Shown here: positions 1 through 8,626 of the stretch, piece after piece
Numbering within the stretch: position 1 is the stretch's first letter
Layout of the letters: each line of letters begins with the position of its first letter
Made by a program: the position numbers and the translations under genes
DNA from: Mycobacteriales bacterium
GTDB taxonomy: Bacteria; Actinomycetota; Actinomycetes; JAFAQI01
Direction: 5' to 3'
Length of the DNA stretch: 64,000 bases
Assembly: GCA_035550055.1 (NCBI GenBank)
Contig: DASZRO010000080.1
Span: 8,937-72,936, forward strand
Notes under the pieces: generated by a model
The model's database searches: none
What the model was told of the DNA's origin: nothing
The model's input: only the letters and a program-made list of their open reading frames with translations

Positions 1-1
1 A

Positions 2-166
2 CAGGTCATGGTGTGGACCGACATGGTCGGCCTCAACACCGGACCCGCGCCGCGTTTCGTGAAGCGGTACGCCGATGTGCGTGCGGTCATCACCGAAGCC
101 GCGAGCACCTACGCCCGCGAGGTCGCCGACGGCACGTACCCCGGACCTGAGCACTCCTTCGAGTAA
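2..166 (+). CDS. panB: 3-methyl-2-oxobutanoate hydroxymethyltransferase (PanB), C-terminal fragment; gene begins upstream of the window
   Basis: Frame is open from the window edge to TAA at 164-166. Translation QVMVWTDMVGLNTGPAPRFVKRYADV...YPGPEHSFE matches the PanB C-terminus as I recall it (FVKRYADV, EHSF). Confidence 0.8.
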   Translation, partial: QVMVWTDMVGLNTGPAPRFVKRYADVRAVITEAASTYAREVADGTYPGPEHSFE

Positions 167-216
167 TCACTGGCAAAGCCGGGGCGCTCGTCCGCCACGG
201 CCGACGGGCAGGCGCC

Positions 217-903
217 TCAGACGTCTGTGACGCGAAGGCCGGCGTGCGCCTTGTAACGGCGGTTGATCGACACGAGGTTCGCGGTCAGCGCTTCGACCTG
301 ACCGGCGTTGCGCAGCCGGCCACCGTAGATGCCACGCATGCCTGCGATGCGGTCGACGAGCGCCTGCACGAGGTCCGTCGCGCCGCGATCGTCGCCGAGG
401 ACAAGGACGTCGGTCTCGATGGCGGCCACGTCGGGGTCGAGCAGCAGCATCGCGCTCACGTGGTGGAACGCCGCGACGACCGTGCTGTCCGGCAGCAACG
501 CTGCGGCTTGCTGTGCCGCGCTGCCTTCTGCGACGGAAAGGCCATAGGCGCCCTTGTCGTCGAAACCCATGGGGTTCACGCAGTCGACAACCACCTTGCC
601 GGTCAGCGCAGGTGCCACCGCCTTCACCAAGGTCTCGTGCCCGTCCCACGGCACGGCGACGACGACGACGTCAGCGGCCGCGGCGGCTGCCTCGTTGGCC
701 ATCCCCGAGACCAGCGAGCCGTCGGGGACCGTCTCGGCGAGCTCGGCGGCCACCGCCGCGGCGCGATCCGCCTGCCGCGACCCGAGGATCACCTGGTGGC
801 CGGCGATCGCGTAACGGCGGGCCAGCCCGCGGCCCTGGTCTCCGGTGCCGCCGAGGAAGGCGAGCGTGAGGCCGGCGACCTCGCCGGTGGGGATCGTGGT
901 CAC
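217..903 (-). CDS. npdG: NADPH-dependent F420 reductase (NpdG/Fno-like)
   Basis: GTG at 903-901 trims the 412-aa track ORF to 228 aa. It has a Rossmann motif LAFLGGTGDQGRGLA and typical length. The upstream part of the track ORF is Arg/Pro-rich shadow sequence. Confidence 0.8.
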   Translation of the reverse strand: MTTIPTGEVAGLTLAFLGGTGDQGRGLARRYAIAGHQVILGSRQADRAAAVAAELAETVPDGSLVSGMANEAAAAAADVVVVAVPWDGHETLVKAVAPALTGKVVVDCVNPMGFDDKGAYGLSVAEGSAAQQAAALLPDSTVVAAFHHVSAMLLLDPDVAAIETDVLVLGDDRGATDLVQALVDRIAGMRGIYGGRLRNAGQVEALTANLVSINRRYKAHAGLRVTDV

Positions 904-1055
904 GTGCGCTCTTTTCACTCGGTTCGGCCGTGGGCAACGCAGCGGACATCGTCCCAAGCCGCGATCGCAGCGCTGTGCCGAGGGGTATCCACGCTGCCTC
1001 CCGGGAACTGCTCCCGAGGAGGATCGTGCATGCGTACGGCGAAAGAGGGGGCGTG

Positions 1056-1988
1056 GTGAGCAGGAGGCGGCTCGCGGACGACGACGGTGAACGCCGCCCT
1101 GACGACCCGGCGATCGTCGAGCTCCTCGACAGCGTGCGCGAGGCACGCACCGCGCTCGCCATCGAGCTGGCCGCGGCGGCCGGTGCCATCGACGCGGGGC
1201 ATCCGGAGGTGGCTCGCGACATCGTCGCCGCGACCGCTGAGGAGATGCGCCGCGTCGCTGACCACCCGGGACCTGTCGCCGCCGCTCAGCGCCCGCCGCG
1301 GCGAGCGAAGCGCCGCATCCTCCTCGCACTGCCCGCCGTACCGGTGATCGGTGCGATGGCGATGACGGCGGCGGTGGCACTCGGGGGCAACGGCACGCCG
1401 GCCGGTCATCATCCGGTTGCCCATGCCTCGCGCGTCTCGATCGCGGTTGTCGCACCGCGGACCGCGACCGCGGTCACGGGTGTCGCCGGTGCGGCTGCTC
1501 ATGCCGGCGCAACGACGACGCTTCACCGGCTCGAGCACGTAGTGACCCACCATCCGCAAGCGGCCCAGGTGCTCGCTGTTGCCGACGACCTGCACGACCA
1601 GCTGACGGAGATGATCGCCACCGCGACGGACGATCCCGCAAGGCTGCACGTCGTACGTCAGCTGCTGACACTCGAACAACACGTCCTCGAAAGCGCAAAG
1701 GTGCCCGGCACACAGCTCGCACTCGCCGCGTCACGCGCGATCGCGCGACTGCTCGACTTGGTGCCGGTCGCCCATCCGACGCCGACACCTCACAGCGCGA
1801 CAACGACAACGCCGTCACGACCGACTCCCGCACGCACTCCGACGGCGAGCTCATCGCCTCACGCCACGCAGGCGTCACCGACTGCGCCCCACGACGCAAC
1901 GAGTACTCGCGCACCGCGAGTGACGTCGAAGAACGCGCTGTTCGGCCGCGGACTTTTCAGCGGACGTCGACTGCACTCGTCGCACTGA
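1056..1988 (+). CDS. hypothetical single-pass membrane protein with Pro/Thr/Ser-rich C-terminal tail
   Basis: In-frame GTG at 1056 is preceded by GAAAGAGGGGG. It has one hydrophobic helix (ILLALPAVPVIGAMAMTAAVAL), a helical region and a PT-rich tail. No family recognised. Confidence 0.5.
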   Translation: MSRRRLADDDGERRPDDPAIVELLDSVREARTALAIELAAAAGAIDAGHPEVARDIVAATAEEMRRVADHPGPVAAAQRPPRRAKRRILLALPAVPVIGAMAMTAAVALGGNGTPAGHHPVAHASRVSIAVVAPRTATAVTGVAGAAAHAGATTTLHRLEHVVTHHPQAAQVLAVADDLHDQLTEMIATATDDPARLHVVRQLLTLEQHVLESAKVPGTQLALAASRAIARLLDLVPVAHPTPTPHSATTTTPSRPTPARTPTASSSPHATQASPTAPHDATSTRAPRVTSKNALFGRGLFSGRRLHSSH

Positions 1989-2204
1989 CGCGATGTCAGA
2001 GTCGTTGTTCACGACTTTGATTTCCGTTGTGAATACTGGGTTTTCACGACGCGACGAGCAGTACGTCGTGTCATGCCGCATTGCGACATGAACAATCCGC
2101 GGCGCGACACGCAACGTCAATAGAAGCAACGGTCGTGGAAAGCGCATGCATTCGGTGTCACAGTTGTTCGCAGCAAAGTCCCATCACCGAGCTAAGGGGC
2201 TCAC

Positions 2205-2429
2205 GTGGCACGAGTAGCTGCAAAGAAGACCACTGCACGCAAGACGACCGCCAAGAAGACGGCGGCAAAGAAGGCACCGGCCAAGAAGGCGCCGGCTCGC
2301 AAGACCGCCGCCAAGAAGACGACCGCACGCAAGACCACCGCAAAGAAGACGACCGCTCGCAAGACCGTCGCCAAGAAGGCGCCGGCACGCAAGACCGCTG
2401 CAAAGCGGGCACCTGCGCGCAAGCGGTAG
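2205..2429 (+). CDS. small basic Lys/Ala-rich repeat protein (histone H1 / HC2 / HupB-tail-like)
   Basis: GTG start follows AAGGGG. The 74-aa product is MARVAAKKTTARKTTAKKTAAKKAPAKKAPARK..., with 30 of 74 residues K/R arranged as 14 consecutive x-x-x-[K/R]-K pentads. Confidence 0.7.
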   Translation: MARVAAKKTTARKTTAKKTAAKKAPAKKAPARKTAAKKTTARKTTAKKTTARKTVAKKAPARKTAAKRAPARKR

Positions 2430-2452
2430 ATCGCTGCAACCAAGCGAGCCCC

Positions 2453-2492
2453 GACAGCCGCCGCGTCGACCTTCGGTCGCGCGGCGGCTGTC
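2453..2492 (+). terminator. GC-rich hairpin downstream of the histone-like gene
   Basis: 13-bp perfect stem gacagccgccgcg / cgcggcggctgtc with a 14-nt loop, 24 nt after the TAG. It is followed by the U/G-rich run tgctgtgtgctgctt, so there is no clean U-tract. Confidence 0.45.
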
Positions 2493-2496
2493 TGCT

Positions 2497-2685
2497 GTGT
2501 GCTGCTTCGTGCTGGCCGCCGCGGCGATCGCCGGCGGGCTGGCGCTGTTCGGGACCGGCTTCGTCGGACCGGCGCCGATCGCACTCGCCGCGGGGGGCGG
2601 CTTGATCGTGGCCGGCACGTCGCTGTGGCGCCCGCCGTCGCCCGGCCGGCAGCGCTATCCCGACCCGCGTCGTGACACGCGCTAA
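2497..2685 (+). CDS. possible small two-helix membrane protein
   Basis: 62-aa ORF with G/C-ending codons and two hydrophobic stretches (FVLAAAAIAGGLALF, IALAAGGGLIVAG). There is no clear RBS and it starts 5 nt after a hairpin. Confidence 0.35.
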   Translation: MCCFVLAAAAIAGGLALFGTGFVGPAPIALAAGGGLIVAGTSLWRPPSPGRQRYPDPRRDTR

Positions 2686-2695
2686 ATATTGCTGA

Positions 2696-2726
2696 TGACA
2701 ACGATCCGCTGATTTCGGCCTACACT
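2696..2726 (+). promoter_or_regulatory. promoter-like hexamers (TGACAA ... TACACT)
   Basis: TGACAA at 2696-2701 and TACACT at 2721-2726 with a 19-nt spacer, which is long. This is the only sigma-70-like pair I see upstream of the amidase leader. Confidence 0.25.
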
Positions 2727-2732
2727 GGCACG

Positions 2733-2783
2733 AGCGACGTCCGGTCCAGTACACCCCCCCACTGAGCCGGACGTCGCTTTTTT
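2733..2783 (+). terminator. intrinsic terminator-like hairpin with U6 tract in the amidase leader
   Basis: 12-bp stem agcgacgtccgg / ccggacgtcgct plus an inner cagt/actg pairing and a C-rich loop. It is followed directly by tttttt (2778-2783), 25 nt before the amidase ATG. Confidence 0.55.
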
Positions 2784-2808
2784 CATGTCTGCGGGGTAGG
2801 AGTGGCAG

Positions 2809-3579
2809 ATGCTGCGGACGCTGGCGATCGCCGCCGTACTCTGCTCGTGCAGCGCGACGGCCGCGCCGCTGCCACATCTCGTCCGCCCGTCAGCCGGCCG
2901 CGCCACGCTCGCCACCCCCTCACCCCTCGCCGGCGAAGTGGTCGGCATCGACCCGGGCCACAACGGGCGCAACTACGCAGACCCCGCCTACATCGACCGC
3001 CAGGTCTGGAACGGTCGCGAAGAAGAGGACTGCGACACGACCGGTACGGCGACCGACGCCGGCTACACCGAAGCGCGCTTCAACTTCCGGGTCGCAACGT
3101 TCTTGGCGGCTGACCTGCGTGAGGACGGCGCCCGCGTGGTGATGACCCGTCATACCAACCACGGGGTCGGACCATGCATCACCAAGCGGGCGCACATCAT
3201 CAACGCGGCCCACGCCGACATCGCGATCGACATCCACGCCGACGGCGGTCCGCCGAGCGGGCGCGGCTTCGCGATCCTGGAACCGGTACGCGACTCGGTC
3301 AATGCCGCCATCGTGCGGCCGTCGGCGCGGTTCGGCCGCATCGTCCGGCGCGAGCTGTTGGCGATGACGCACATGCCGACGAGCACCTACGACGGCGTCG
3401 ACGGCATCACTCATCGAGACGATCTCGCCGGGCTCAACCTCGCCACCGAGCCGAAGGTGCTCGTCGAGGCCGGCAACATGCGCAACGCGCGGGATGCGCG
3501 GCTGCTCGTCTCGACCGCCTTCCAGCGCCGGTTGGCAGCCGCCTTCACGACCGCGATCGTGGACTACCTGCGGAGCTGA
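2809..3579 (+). CDS. N-acetylmuramoyl-L-alanine amidase (Amidase_3 family, secreted)
   Basis: ATG follows GGGGTAGGAG. It has a signal-like N-terminus and zinc-amidase motifs GIDPGHNG and IDIHADGG. Confidence 0.85.
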   Translation: MLRTLAIAAVLCSCSATAAPLPHLVRPSAGRATLATPSPLAGEVVGIDPGHNGRNYADPAYIDRQVWNGREEEDCDTTGTATDAGYTEARFNFRVATFLAADLREDGARVVMTRHTNHGVGPCITKRAHIINAAHADIAIDIHADGGPPSGRGFAILEPVRDSVNAAIVRPSARFGRIVRRELLAMTHMPTSTYDGVDGITHRDDLAGLNLATEPKVLVEAGNMRNARDARLLVSTAFQRRLAAAFTTAIVDYLRS

Positions 3580-4466
3580 AGCGACCAGCCGCCGGCAACC
3601 TCGGCCAGTGTGGTGTGCGGCCGACGACAGATCGCCGACCCCACCGCGTGCCCGGCGAGCTCCGACCGCGAGCGCCCGAGCCGCACTCGCCGGGTGAACC
3701 CATCGTGGGTCAGCTCGAGGAACAGCGCCCACTCGCCGGACCCGGTGAGCACTGCGGGCGCCAGCTCCGCGGTCCATCCCGCCCACGCCCGCCGCCGAAG
3801 CGTGTCCCGGCTGCCACCGACCAGATCCGCCCGCCGGACGCGAATGCCCGGCCAGACCACCTCGTCCTGCCCGCACACCGCGATCACGGCCACGACTTCG
3901 TCGGGTTCGGTCTGCAGCACGTCGAGCGCGGCCCAGCCCGCCAGCCGCGGGTGCCGCCCGGTGACGACCTCGTCGACGTGGGCCCGCAACCGGATCCCGT
4001 CACCGATCTCGTAGACCGAGTCCGCCACGGCGTACCTCGGATCACGAAACCCGGGCAGCTCGGCATACACCCACGGCGGCTCGACCGTGGTGAGCAGCGG
4101 CAACGGCCACTCGGTGCGCTCCGCACCGGATGAAGTGGCGCAGCGATACACCCGCGGTACGACGCCGGTCGCGTTGTCGACCAGCACCGCCCACGCGGCT
4201 TCGGCGTTGCCGGTCCGTAGCAGGCGCAGCGCGACCCGAGCCCTCGGCGGCAGCGCTTCGACGTGGGAGTGCTCAGCGGTGCCGGCGAGCCCGACCGCGG
4301 CTGCGAGCAACGGGTACGGCGCAGCCTCGGCCTGCGCCGTCGACCCGAGCAGGACGGCGTAGAGCGCCTCCACCTCCGGTTTGCTCAGCGTCGTCCCCGC
4401 GGCGGCGGCGATCCGGTCCAGCTCGACGGCCGCTGCCGCGGCCGAGAGCGCCGCGATCTCGACCAT
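3564..4466 (-). CDS. hypothetical protein (300 aa)
   Basis: ATG at 4466-4464. This is the only non-shadow part of the 755-aa track ORF and it is divergent from the GT2 gene. No family recognised. Confidence 0.55.
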   Translation of the reverse strand: MVEIAALSAAAAAVELDRIAAAAGTTLSKPEVEALYAVLLGSTAQAEAAPYPLLAAAVGLAGTAEHSHVEALPPRARVALRLLRTGNAEAAWAVLVDNATGVVPRVYRCATSSGAERTEWPLPLLTTVEPPWVYAELPGFRDPRYAVADSVYEIGDGIRLRAHVDEVVTGRHPRLAGWAALDVLQTEPDEVVAVIAVCGQDEVVWPGIRVRRADLVGGSRDTLRRRAWAGWTAELAPAVLTGSGEWALFLELTHDGFTRRVRLGRSRSELAGHAVGSAICRRPHTTLAEVAGGWSLQLRR

Positions 4467-4523
4467 GGCGAGGACAGTAGTGCGTCGTCGGCAGGCCGCA
4501 TCTCGGCGGTAAGGTCGGGCACG

Positions 4524-6401
4524 ATGCTGGACGTCAGCGTGGTGGTTCCGTTCTTCAACCCGGGCGCCAACATCGAGGACTGTCTCGACTCGCTGCGCGA
4601 CCAGACCCTTCCTCGTGATCGCTACGAGGTCGTGCTGGTCGACGACGGCAGCACCGACGGCAGCGACCGGCGCGCGAAGCGTTACGCAGACGCCGACCCG
4701 GATCTGTTCCGGCTGGTGCAGATCCCTGCGTCGGGCTGGCCGGGCCGGCCCCGCAACGTCGGTGTCGAGCAGGCGAAGGGCCGCTACGTCCAGTTCGTCG
4801 ACAGCGACGACCGCCTGGATCCGGCAGCACTGCAACGAATGCTCGACGTCGCAGCGAGCAGCGACGCGGACATCGTGGTCGGCAAGCTCAGCAGCGACTT
4901 CCGCGGCTTGAACCACCACGTGTTCCGGCACACCGTCACCGGCCGGACGCTCTTCGACTACCCGCTCGTCGACACGCTCACCCCGCACAAGATGGTCCGC
5001 AAGGAACTGCTGACCCGGCACGGGATCCGGTTCGCCGAAGGACCTCGTCACGTCGAGGACGAGCACTTCAGCATGCTGATCTACACCCGGGCGCGTTCCG
5101 TCGCCGTCGTGGGCGACCTCGCCTGCTACTTCTATCGCCGACGTCGGGTCGCCGGGCGCAATCTGGGCGACACCGAGGTGACAGCGGCCGACTACTTCCG
5201 CGACCTGGCCGCCGTCCTCGACGTCATCGACGACCACGTGGCCGACCCGCAGACGCGCATCCCGTTGCAGCGCCGGTTCTACCGCACCGAGATGCTCGGC
5301 AGGCTGCGCGGCACTGCGATGAGCCGCTACGACGACGCGTACCGGCGTGAGGTGCTCGACCAGGTACGAGCACTGGCGGCAGAGCGGTTCGCGCCGCAGG
5401 TTCACGACGGGCTGCCGTTCTTCCTTCGCACCCAGTCCCGGCTGGCCCTCGACGGCGACGTGGCCGGGCTGACGTCGTACGCCGCCTGGCTCGACGAGCT
5501 CCGGTTGACGGCAACCGTCTCCGCACTGACCTGGCGCGACGGTCGACTTCACCTCGCCGTGACCGCCGGACTGCTGCGCGGCGACGACCCGCTGCGGCTC
5601 GAACGCGACGGTGACGACTGGCTGGTACCCGCACCCGCGGCGCCCGGCGCCGGTCGCGCCGAGCGCCTCGTCTCGGCGCAAGACCTCGCCGAGGCGGACC
5701 TCGACTGCGCCACAGTCTCGCGCGCCGACTCCCAGCTCTGGTCGACGACCGAGGGCTTGTCGCTGTCGATCACCGCCGACGGCGAGCCGGCGATCACCGG
5801 AGAGGTGGTGCTCGATCCGGCGAGGCTGCAAGGCGGCGACCCGCTCACCGCGGGGCTGTGGGACCTGCGGCTTCGGGTCGGCCTCGGCGGCATCACGTTC
5901 GCGTGCCCGCTGCGACCGGCCGAGGAGCCGGGCCGACTCGCGGCACGGCTCACGGCCGAGTCCGCCGACGTGAGCCTCGTGCAGCCGTTCTGGACCACAC
6001 CCGCCAGCACGCTCTCGCTGGACGTCGGCGAGTGGTCACATCCGCTCAACGACTTGGTCGACGACGAGATCGCTCCGACGTTGCGCCGCCGCGACCTGCA
6101 GCTCGCGCTGCCCGCCGTCAGCGGTCCGGACGGCGCGCAGCCGGCCCGCCTGCTTCTCGTCGGCGACGAGACCGGGTCGGCGGTGGTGTCAGTGCCGGCG
6201 AGTCTCGCGATCACCCCCGCCGGCTCGGCACTGACCGCGAGGCTGCCCCGCCGCCTGCCCGGCCGCGAGGTCCAGCTCTGGGTGCAGTTCGCGCGGCTGG
6301 GAGGATCGCCGCCCCGCCGGCTCGGCTGGACCCTCGCGCGAGTCGGGCGCCGGCTCCGCGTGATTCGTTCATCTGGCGTTCACCTTCAACGCGACGGCTG
6401 A
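4524..6401 (+). CDS. family 2 glycosyltransferase with about 400-aa C-terminal extension
   Basis: ATG at 4524. GT2 motifs [17 protein letters not shown] and FVDSDD. The C-terminal two thirds have no recognised catalytic motif. Confidence 0.85.
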   Translation: MLDVSVVVPFFNPGANIEDCLDSLRDQTLPRDRYEVVLVDDGSTDGSDRRAKRYADADPDLFRLVQIPASGWPGRPRNVGVEQAKGRYVQFVDSDDRLDPAALQRMLDVAASSDADIVVGKLSSDFRGLNHHVFRHTVTGRTLFDYPLVDTLTPHKMVRKELLTRHGIRFAEGPRHVEDEHFSMLIYTRARSVAVVGDLACYFYRRRRVAGRNLGDTEVTAADYFRDLAAVLDVIDDHVADPQTRIPLQRRFYRTEMLGRLRGTAMSRYDDAYRREVLDQVRALAAERFAPQVHDGLPFFLRTQSRLALDGDVAGLTSYAAWLDELRLTATVSALTWRDGRLHLAVTAGLLRGDDPLRLERDGDDWLVPAPAAPGAGRAERLVSAQDLAEADLDCATVSRADSQLWSTTEGLSLSITADGEPAITGEVVLDPARLQGGDPLTAGLWDLRLRVGLGGITFACPLRPAEEPGRLAARLTAESADVSLVQPFWTTPASTLSLDVGEWSHPLNDLVDDEIAPTLRRRDLQLALPAVSGPDGAQPARLLLVGDETGSAVVSVPASLAITPAGSALTARLPRRLPGREVQLWVQFARLGGSPPRRLGWTLARVGRRLRVIRSSGVHLQRDG

Positions 6402-6439
6402 CTCGACACCGGCCACCTTCAGCCGCGACAGTTGATGTT

Positions 6440-8626
6440 GTGAGCACAACGACGTCGAGCGCACCGGATCTGCCGCGGTACGCCGACGAGCTCGCGGAGG
6501 AGATCGAGGACCTGCGTCACGCCGCGGGCCGCAACGACCGCCCGGCCCATCCCGATCGCTTCATCGACCGCGAGAGCAGCTGGCTCGACTTCAACGCGCG
6601 GGTCCTCGAGCTCGCCCTCGACACCACCATCCCGCTGCTCGAGCGCACCAAGTTCGCCGCGATCTTCGCCAGCAACCTCGACGAGTTCTTCATGGTCCGC
6701 GTCGCAGGCCTGCAGCGGCGCCACGCCACCGGGATCGGAGTGGCGACCCCCGCCGGGCTGTCCCCTCGCGAGCAGCTCGACCTGATCGCCGATCGGGCGC
6801 ACGAGCTGATCGCCCGTCACGACGCGATGTTCACCGACGAGCTGCTTCCCGCGCTGCGACGAGAGGACATCCGGATCGAGCGCTACGACGCGCTGACCGA
6901 CGACGAACGCAAGACGGCGGACACCCTGTTCGCGGAACACGTCTTCCCCGTCCTCACCCCGCTCGCCGTCGACCCGGCGCATCCCTTTCCCTACATCTCG
7001 GGGTTGTCGCTGAACCTCGCGGTGGTGGTTCGCGACCGGGACAACGGGCGCGAGCACTTCGCGCGGGTCAAGGTTCCGCCGGTGCTGTCGCGGTATGTGG
7101 CCGTCGGTGGTCTCAAGTTCGTGCTGCTCGAAGACGTCATCGCCGCGCACGTGCCCGAGCTGTTCCCCGGCCTCGAGGTCATCGAGACCTCAGTGTTCCG
7201 GGTCACCCGCAACGAGGACCTGACCGTCGAAGAGGACGACGTCGACAACCTGCTTCAGGCACTCGAGCGAGAGCTCGTCCGGCGCCGGTTCGGCCCGGCG
7301 GTACGCCTCGAGGTGGCCGCGGACATCAGCGACAAGGTTCTCGACCTTCTCGTCCGTGAGCTCGAGATCCACCAGAAGCAGATCTATCGGATCAACGGGC
7401 CGCTCGACCTCGCCGGACTGTGGGCGATCGCCGACCTCGACCTGCCCGCCCTCAAGTACGACGTCAGCCCGCCGCTGACCCACCCCAGGCTGCGCTCCGG
7501 CGGGGATGCCAAGGCCGCGGCCGACGTGTTCTCGGCGATGCGCCGAGGAGATGTGCTGCTGCACCACCCGTACGACTCGTTCACCACGAGCGTCCAGGCG
7601 TTCGTCGAGCAGGCCGCGGCCGACCCGTCGGTGCTCGCGATCAAACAGACGCTCTACCGCACGAGCGGCGACTCGCCACTCGTCGACGCGCTGATCGACG
7701 CGGCCGAGGCCGGCAAGCAGGTCCTCGTCGTCGTCGAGATCAAGGCGAGGTTCGACGAGCAGGCGAACATCAAATGGGCGCGCGCGCTGGAGCAGGCCGG
7801 CTGCCACGTGGTCTACGGCGTCGTCGGGTTGAAGACCCACGCCAAGCTGGCGTTGGTGGTGCGCCAGGAGGCCGATGGCAGCCTGCGCCGCTACACCCAC
7901 ATCGGCACCGGGAACTACAACCCCAAGACCGCGCGGATGTATGAGGACCTCGGACTGCTCACCGTCGACCCGGTGATCGGCGCCGACGTCGCCGACTTGT
8001 TCAACCACCTGTCCGGCTACACCAAGCACCGCGACTACCGCACGCTGCTCGTCGCGCCGGACACCCTTCGTCCCGGCCTGATCCAGCTGGTCGCCGACGA
8101 GATCGAGCACGCGAAGGCAGGACGGCCGGCCGGGATCGTTCTCAAGCTCAACAGCCTCGTGGACGAGCTGGTCGTCGACGCGCTCTACGACGCGTCGGCC
8201 GCCGGCGTACCCGTCGACATCGTCGTGCGCGGCATGTGCGCCCTCCGTCCGGGCGTCCCGGGCCTGTCGGAGACGATCAAGGTACGCAGCATCCTCGGCC
8301 GGTTCCTCGAGCACTCGCGGGTGTTCCACTTCGTGGCGGGCGGCGATCAGCGCACGTTCATCGGCAGCGCCGACATCATGCATCGCAACCTCGACCGCCG
8401 CGTGGAGGCACTCGTCGAGATCCGCGACCCCAAGGTCAAAGACGAGCTGCGGGAGCTGCTGACGTTCGCGACAGACCCGGCGACGGCGGCCTGGACGCTC
8501 GATGTAGCGGGCAAGTGGACCCGCGCCCTCACCGATCCCGAGGGAGCACCGCTGCACGACTACCAGCAAACGCTGCTGGACGCCGCGGCCCTTCGCGGCG
8601 ACGACCGCCGACCGGAGTCGCATTAG
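6440..8626 (+). CDS. ppk: polyphosphate kinase 1
   Basis: GTG at 6440 gives 728 aa. Hallmarks include [33 protein letters not shown], the two PLD-like regions and HAKLALV. Confidence 0.9.
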   Translation: MSTTTSSAPDLPRYADELAEEIEDLRHAAGRNDRPAHPDRFIDRESSWLDFNARVLELALDTTIPLLERTKFAAIFASNLDEFFMVRVAGLQRRHATGIGVATPAGLSPREQLDLIADRAHELIARHDAMFTDELLPALRREDIRIERYDALTDDERKTADTLFAEHVFPVLTPLAVDPAHPFPYISGLSLNLAVVVRDRDNGREHFARVKVPPVLSRYVAVGGLKFVLLEDVIAAHVPELFPGLEVIETSVFRVTRNEDLTVEEDDVDNLLQALERELVRRRFGPAVRLEVAADISDKVLDLLVRELEIHQKQIYRINGPLDLAGLWAIADLDLPALKYDVSPPLTHPRLRSGGDAKAAADVFSAMRRGDVLLHHPYDSFTTSVQAFVEQAAADPSVLAIKQTLYRTSGDSPLVDALIDAAEAGKQVLVVVEIKARFDEQANIKWARALEQAGCHVVYGVVGLKTHAKLALVVRQEADGSLRRYTHIGTGNYNPKTARMYEDLGLLTVDPVIGADVADLFNHLSGYTKHRDYRTLLVAPDTLRPGLIQLVADEIEHAKAGRPAGIVLKLNSLVDELVVDALYDASAAGVPVDIVVRGMCALRPGVPGLSETIKVRSILGRFLEHSRVFHFVAGGDQRTFIGSADIMHRNLDRRVEALVEIRDPKVKDELRELLTFATDPATAAWTLDVAGKWTRALTDPEGAPLHDYQQTLLDAAALRGDDRRPESH

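Noticed and set aside
2686-2808. Cyclic-di-AMP (ydaO-type) or other known riboswitch upstream of the amidase.
   Set aside because: I could not find the conserved cores of any riboswitch class I know. It is kept only as a generic terminator/attenuator observation.
4467-5831. N-terminal 455 aa of the 755-aa minus-strand track ORF (3564-5831).
   Set aside because: It runs antisense to the well-supported GT2 gene and is Arg/Gly/Val/Asp-rich shadow sequence typical of high-GC genomes. The credible gene starts at the ATG at 4466.
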